From an uncultured Actinomycetes bacterium (lineage in GTDB: Bacteria; Actinomycetota; Acidimicrobiia; Acidimicrobiales; Acidimicrobilacustridaceae), in the NCBI GenBank assembly GCA_963793025.1, contig CAWBYL010000001.1, forward strand, positions 266,454 through 290,453: a stretch of DNA of 24,000 nt, given 5' to 3'. Each line of letters opens with the position of its first letter. Position 1 is the first letter of the stretch. The notes under the pieces are model-generated. The model was given only the letters and a program-made list of their open reading frames with translations, was not told the origin of the DNA and did not search any database. This document shows positions 23,225-24,000 of this stretch, one piece after another. The translations under genes and the position numbers were made by a program.

Positions 23225-24000
23225 TCACTTCGGGCCGAGGCGGGCGCCGCCGTCGACACGGATCGTCTGGGCGTTCATGTACGAGTTGGTGACGAGCTCG
23301 ATGACCATGCTGGCCAGCTCGGCCGGGTAGCCGAGCCGCTTGGGGAAGAGGACGTCCTTGGACAGGTTGGCCTTGAACGCCTCCGACCCCTCGCCTTCGC
23401 CGTAGATCGGGGTGTCGATGAGCCCGGGGGCGATGGTGTTGACCCGCACGCCGACGACCGCGAGATCGCGGGCCACGGGAAGCGTCATGCCCACGATGCC
23501 GCCCTTGGACGCGGAGTAAGCGGCCTGGCCGATCTGACCGTCGAACGCCGCCACCGAGGCCATGTTCACGATGGCCCCCCGTTCGTTGTCCTCCAACGGC
23601 TCGGTCTGGCCCATGGCCGTGGCCGCCAGCCGGATCACGTTGAACGAGCCCGTCAGGTTGATGTCGATGACCTTGCGCCAGTAGTCGAGGTTGAAGGCCG
23701 AGTCGTAGGAACCGTCCTTGCCGATGGTGCGGCTGGCGGCCCCGATCCCAGCCGAGTTCACGAGCGACCGCAGCGGGCCCATCTCCTTGGCCGTCTCGAT
23801 GGCGGCCACGACCTCGTCGACCTGGGTGACGTCGACGTGGCAGAACGCACCACCCAGCTCAGTGGCCAGGGCGTTGCCCTTCTCGTCGTTGAGGTCGGCG
23901 ATGACGACCTTGGCGCCGCGCGCCGCGAGCAGGCGGGCCGACGCCTCACCGATGCCCGACGCGCCACCGGTGACGATCGAGGAGGTTCCGTTGATTTCCA
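23225..24000 (-). CDS. Short-chain dehydrogenase/reductase, 3-hydroxyacyl-CoA dehydrogenase type II-like; the 5' end is clipped by the window edge
   Basis: The track ORF covers only 23225..23809, but the same frame is open to 24000. There it reads (x)EINGTSSIVTGGASGIGEASARLLAARGAKVVIADLN, a Rossmann TGGxSGIG motif. The catalytic motif is AAYSASKGGIVGMT (YxxxK) and the C-terminus is NAQTIRVDGGARL. Bases 24000-23999 give xTG, so the start codon probably begins at 24001. Confidence 0.88.
   Translation of the reverse strand, partial: EINGTSSIVTGGASGIGEASARLLAARGAKVVIADLNDEKGNALATELGGAFCHVDVTQVDEVVAAIETAKEMGPLRSLVNSAGIGAASRTIGKDGSYDSAFNLDYWRKVIDINLTGSFNVIRLAATAMGQTEPLEDNERGAIVNMASVAAFDGQIGQAAYSASKGGIVGMTLPVARDLAVVGVRVNTIAPGLIDTPIYGEGEGSEAFKANLSKDVLFPKRLGYPAELASMVIELVTNSYMNAQTIRVDGGARLGPK

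Noticed and set aside
1-24000. A search for CRISPR arrays, tRNA/rRNA genes, IS transposases, integrases or prophage genes.
   Set aside because: I saw no regularly spaced repeat-spacer array, no tRNA-like T-arm (GGTTCGAATCC-type) or rRNA sequence, and no transposase or integrase ORF. The only dispersed repeat I could find by eye is the 53-bp palindrome pair.

Overview
This is a densely coding, high-GC window (about 65-70% G+C by eye, with G/C at nearly every third codon position) whose gene order looks actinobacterial. Three blocks are visible.

(1) Positions 1-6636 hold a potassium-uptake locus. kdpD (partial) and a coupled unknown membrane protein sit on the minus strand. Divergent from them on the plus strand are an unannotated 47-codon membrane ORF, kdpF, kdpA, kdpB and kdpC, linked by 1-4 nt start/stop overlaps. 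The kdpB N-terminus appears frameshifted.

(2) Positions 6637-7682 form a lower-GC islet. It has about 420 bp with no convincing gene, followed by a SnoaL/NTF2-like gene with atypical codon usage.

(3) Positions 7683-20533 carry twelve genes on the minus strand: ruvC-ruvA-ruvB-[AbiEi-like/DUF559]-queA-[heliorhodopsin]-tgt-yajC-secD-secF-apt-rel.

The right end has a divergent ABC ATPase plus ABC-2 permease pair, an orphan ORF and a partial SDR dehydrogenase. I found no rRNA, tRNA or CRISPR array.

The main finding is a full-length heliorhodopsin, an inverted-topology retinal protein family whose physiological role is unresolved. It sits exactly between queA and tgt, which are normally adjacent. 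Its codon usage looks native and it is probably co-transcribed with DNA-repair, tRNA-modification and Sec genes.

Second, the DUF559 gene between ruvB and queA is bracketed by two copies of a 53-bp palindromic element (48/53 identical). That looks like an insertion footprint or a REP/terminator-like repeat family.

Many long ORFs in the supplied track are antisense or N-terminally over-extended artefacts of high GC. I re-derived starts by hand where possible.
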